IMG/VR virus record: IMGVR_UViG_3300031716_000024
Coordinates: 1 to 39,932 of that record
Direction: 5' to 3' (one strand)
Source of the DNA: a virus
Taxonomy: Duplodnaviria > Caudoviricetes
Length of the DNA: 39,932 nt
In this document: positions 37,544-39,932 of the stretch, one piece after another
Numbering within the stretch: position 1 is the stretch's first letter
Layout of the letters: every line of letters starts with the position of its first letter
Notes under the pieces: generated by a model
The model's input: the letters and a program-made list of their open reading frames with translations, nothing else
Database searches by the model: none
Told to the model about the DNA's origin: nothing
Made by a program: the position numbers and the translations under genes

Positions 37544-37574
37544 TTGACAGGGCTTATTTAAAACGTCCTATAAT
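37544..37574 (+). promoter_or_regulatory. Consensus sigma70 boxes with 19-bp spacer
   Basis: TTGACA at 37544-49 and TATAAT at 37569-74. Confidence 0.5.
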
Positions 37575-37590
37575 GTATGGTATGAACGTA
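37563..37590 (+). other. dif-like Xer site (good XerC arm, degenerate XerD arm)
   Basis: ACGTCCTATAA-TGTATG-GTATGAACGTA. Confidence 0.4.
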
Positions 37591-37613
37591 AGTTGTTGAT
37601 ATTAAACAACTTA
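37589..37613. repeat. Perfect 9-bp inverted repeat (operator or accessory site)
   Basis: TAAGTTGTT-gatatta-AACAACTTA. Confidence 0.75.
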
Positions 37614-37672
37614 AGTAAGTACAAAATAGTACGTTTAAAATAAAATATAAGCTGTTAATAAGCTTAAAAATC

Positions 37673-37717
37673 AAGCCCAATCGGTGTTATGTAAAGTGAC
37701 ACTGGTTGGGCTTTTTT
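37673..37717 (+). terminator. Long hairpin terminator/attenuator upstream of the rlpA-like gene
   Basis: AAGCCCAATCGGTGTTA / TGACACTGGTTGGGCTT (17 bp including G-U pairs) followed by a T run. Confidence 0.8.
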
Positions 37718-37739
37718 ATGGTCCTGAGATTGAGGAAAT

Positions 37740-38108
37740 ATGAAACAAATGATGTTTTTAATGCTGATGTTGTTAATGAGTTTAAACCTAGGATTTGCTG
37801 AAACGGGGAAAGCTTCCTGGTACAGCCGGGAATCTGTACTCGCAGAGGGGTCCTCTGGAATCACTGCGTCGGGTGAAAAGCTTGATGATAAAAAACTCAC
37901 CTGTGCGCGGCGCGCAAGAAATTTTGGGAGTCGGTTTCGTGTCACTAATTTAAGTAACAACAAATCAATCGTCGTTAAAGCGAACGATTTTGGTCCGGCT
38001 CCCAAATATTTCCGTAAGGATAGAGTGATCGATCTATCAAAGGCCGCATTTTCTCAAATAGCAAACCTTAAAACAGGGATTATCGCTGTGAAAGTGGAGG
38101 CCTTATGA
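37740..38108 (+). CDS. RlpA-like double-psi beta-barrel lytic transglycosylase with signal peptide
   Basis: GKASWY, TASGE, LTCA, VTN..N.KSIVV..ND.GP, RVIDLSKAAF. Confidence 0.9.
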   Translation: MKQMMFLMLMLLMSLNLGFAETGKASWYSRESVLAEGSSGITASGEKLDDKKLTCARRARNFGSRFRVTNLSNNKSIVVKANDFGPAPKYFRKDRVIDLSKAAFSQIANLKTGIIAVKVEAL

Positions 38109-38230
38109 AGCTGTTCATAAATACAATTCTGCTCATAGCGGTTTTGTTTATTGGAACAATAATTATTTTGGAATCCTATGTTTCAATCAATGAGGACAAG
38201 CTCTGCGATCAAGTGGAAGGAGAATGTTAA
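38105..38230 (+). CDS. Small single-TM protein, 41 aa (not in ORF track)
   Basis: ATGA overlap; RBS GGAGG; MKLFINTILLIAVLFIGTIIIL... Confidence 0.6.
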   Translation: MKLFINTILLIAVLFIGTIIILESYVSINEDKLCDQVEGEC

Positions 38231-38232
38231 CC

Positions 38233-38370
38233 ATGTTCACAACTCAATTAGCCAACAAATTAATTTACCGTCAGTTTAGGCGCGCACGCGCTTTAACGCG
38301 GTTAATTAACATAAGGATTAAACGTTATGAATTACGAGCAATGGAAGCAGGAATTGGAGTTGGGCAATGA
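38233..38370 (+). CDS. Small basic protein, 45 aa (not in ORF track)
   Basis: RBS AAGGAG; ATGA overlap with the next gene. Confidence 0.5.
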   Translation: MFTTQLANKLIYRQFRRARALTRLINIRIKRYELRAMEAGIGVGQ

Positions 38371-38645
38371 AAACATTAATAAAATTAGAGCATCCTTCTT
38401 ATTTGCCGAGTGCTGCACTGATACTGAGTCAGCGATTATTTGTAACGAGGGACCAGCGAAACAGGTTAATTAAGAATTATAAGCCGTGCAGAGCGTGTGA
38501 AGAACAGCAATATCCCGTGGTCCGGATTAAACAAACCGGAAGAATTGGACATTTAATTAATAGGCATTCAGGTTTTTATGATGTCCATATTCCAAACGGG
38601 GCAACACTCAGATGTTTATACAAAGAAGAATTTGAAATTATTTGA
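38367..38645 (+). CDS. Hypothetical protein
   Basis: Coupled ORF; CxxC and SH3-like C-terminus. Confidence 0.55.
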   Translation: MKTLIKLEHPSYLPSAALILSQRLFVTRDQRNRLIKNYKPCRACEEQQYPVVRIKQTGRIGHLINRHSGFYDVHIPNGATLRCLYKEEFEII

Positions 38646-38747
38646 CAATTTTGGCTGGAATGAAAAAGGCCTTGGCTTCCTTTGATGGCACGACGCGAAC
38701 CCATCATAAAGTGCACCCGCCAGCCAGATTTGTTTAAAGGAGAAGAT

Positions 38748-39584
38748 ATGAAATCAGAAGTTAAGCTCGTTGAATGGTTTGATGATCACTGGTACAAGGT
38801 CACGATCGAAAAAGAAGAAAATGTTTTTGAAAGCGCTTACCTTCCATCGGTCACCACCAAATTAAACATTGTAGCAAAACCATTTCTTGCCACATGGCGC
38901 GGTGATATCGGAAACCGGGAAGCAGATTTAAGAGTATTTGAAGCCTGCGAAAGCGGAGTCCGGATTCATCATGCTTTAAACATTTTAGCAAATGGCGGCG
39001 CAGTGGTTTATCAACCAAATCAAAAGCCTGTTTACACAGAACCAGAGCTTCAAGCGGTTCTTGAAGAACACGCCGGCAATGTTGCGATCATCCGCTATCA
39101 AGATGAAATGTACGACGTTTTAAAACTTAAAAAATGGTTTGACGTTGTAAAGCCTAAAATTTTAGGGACGGAAGTAACGGTTTATGATCTTGAAAACCGA
39201 GATGCTGGAACGCTGGATTTAATCCTAGATATTGAAGAAGGGGATTATGCGATTAATGGATCAAAACCGCTGCATCTTCCTAAAGGAATTTATATCGTTG
39301 ATCTGAAAACCGGGAAAGTGGTTGATGACAACGCGTATATGCAAACCGCCTGTTATGGGGTTTGTCATAAAAAAATGTTTGGTTTAGACCCGATTGGAAC
39401 TCTTGTGATTCACACAGGAGCTTTCACGAAGAAAGCCATTGAGGGACTAGCCACTCATTACAGAACAAAAGAACAAATGGATGAGGATTACAAAGATTAC
39501 AGGCTTGCCGCGCAGCTTTGGGAACGAAAACACCGCGATGATCAGCCTGAAACCTTTGAATTTCCATCCTTATTAAAACTATAA
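38748..39584 (+). CDS. PD-(D/E)XK exonuclease (phage recombination nuclease)
   Basis: LPSVTT, G.RIH, AGTLDLI, IVDLKTG, Q...Y; RBS AAAGGAG before ATG 38748. Confidence 0.88.
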   Translation: MKSEVKLVEWFDDHWYKVTIEKEENVFESAYLPSVTTKLNIVAKPFLATWRGDIGNREADLRVFEACESGVRIHHALNILANGGAVVYQPNQKPVYTEPELQAVLEEHAGNVAIIRYQDEMYDVLKLKKWFDVVKPKILGTEVTVYDLENRDAGTLDLILDIEEGDYAINGSKPLHLPKGIYIVDLKTGKVVDDNAYMQTACYGVCHKKMFGLDPIGTLVIHTGAFTKKAIEGLATHYRTKEQMDEDYKDYRLAAQLWERKHRDDQPETFEFPSLLKL

Positions 39585-39932
39585 AAAGGAAAAAACATGA
39601 AACCGCCAGAACGTGAAAAAACAGATTTTGAAAAAATAAATATTGATGATTTCGTTGTAGGTGAAATTGAAGGAATCCAATATGACCTGGAACATCAATT
39701 TAAAGGCTTCCAGGGAGCCGAGGATAAAGTCAAACCCGCGATCCGATTTAAATTTAAAATCGAGGGATATAAATTCTCTCATTATTCGCGCTGGATGAGC
39801 TTTTCGCTTGGAGAAAAATCAAATCTCTTTTTGAAATATGTTCAGCCTTTAGTTGAAGGGGCAAAACCAGATATGGATTTGGATTTAGACGTTCTTCTTC
39901 ACATGAAGGTCCGCATGTTGTGGAATGAAAAA
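39429..39932 (+). repeat. Imperfect terminal direct repeat, copy B
   Basis: Matches 1-504 at offset 39428. Confidence 0.95.
39597..39932 (+). CDS. 5' part of putative SSB (allele B), truncated by the window end
   Basis: MKPPEREKTDFEK..., four amino-acid differences from 169-504. Confidence 0.9.
   Translation, partial: MKPPEREKTDFEKINIDDFVVGEIEGIQYDLEHQFKGFQGAEDKVKPAIRFKFKIEGYKFSHYSRWMSFSLGEKSNLFLKYVQPLVEGAKPDMDLDLDVLLHMKVRMLWNEK

Larger units (their letters stand above)
1..39932 (+). mobile_element. Near-complete podovirus-like bacteriophage genome, circularly permuted
   Basis: Terminase, portal, scaffold, capsid and tail genes in order; co-oriented, tightly overlapping ORFs; contig ends overlap. 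Confidence 0.95.

Noticed and set aside
38748-39584. Cas4
   Set aside because: Lacks the four-Cys Fe-S motif; context fits an exonuclease-SSB recombination module.
151-39782. Minus-strand ORFs in the supplied track
   Set aside because: They lie antisense to well-supported + strand genes and show no recognisable motifs.
1-39932. Alternative genetic code, tRNA genes, or a specific host assignment
   Set aside because: TAA, TAG and TGA all act as stops at coupled gene junctions, and no tRNA cloverleaf was seen. The lipoprotein and RlpA suggest a walled, probably diderm bacterium, but naming a phylum needs database searches.

Overview
The window is an essentially complete ~39.4 kb tailed-phage genome in the standard genetic code, with almost all genes on the + strand. 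Its ends overlap: 1-504 aligns with 39429-39932 at only ~88% identity. Morphogenesis is podovirus-like (T7/BPP-1-type portal, scaffold, capsid, tail tubular proteins and internal virion proteins) with a PBSX-type terminase. I found no integrase, repressor, DNA polymerase or classical endolysin. About 30% of the genome (3446-15296) is a glycan-biosynthesis cluster: three NDP-sugar SDRs, a DegT aminotransferase, a methyltransferase, a GT4, four GT2s (one polyprenol-phosphate-sugar synthase-like), an HprK-like kinase, a radical SAM enzyme and a TMTC-like GT-C/TPR membrane glycosyltransferase. The tail-fibre region encodes Ser/Thr-rich proteins with apparent Sec signal peptides. Together these suggest a phage-encoded export-and-glycosylate pathway for virion appendages, which is the main hypothesis (inference). 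Other notable items: a C4/P4-CI-like antisense RNA next to dif-like sites, an apparent RNA switch ahead of the capsid gene, nested LamG domains in the nozzle, and a 12-nt three-state repeat in a DUF6745-like gene. All family calls come from motif recognition by eye; no searches were run.
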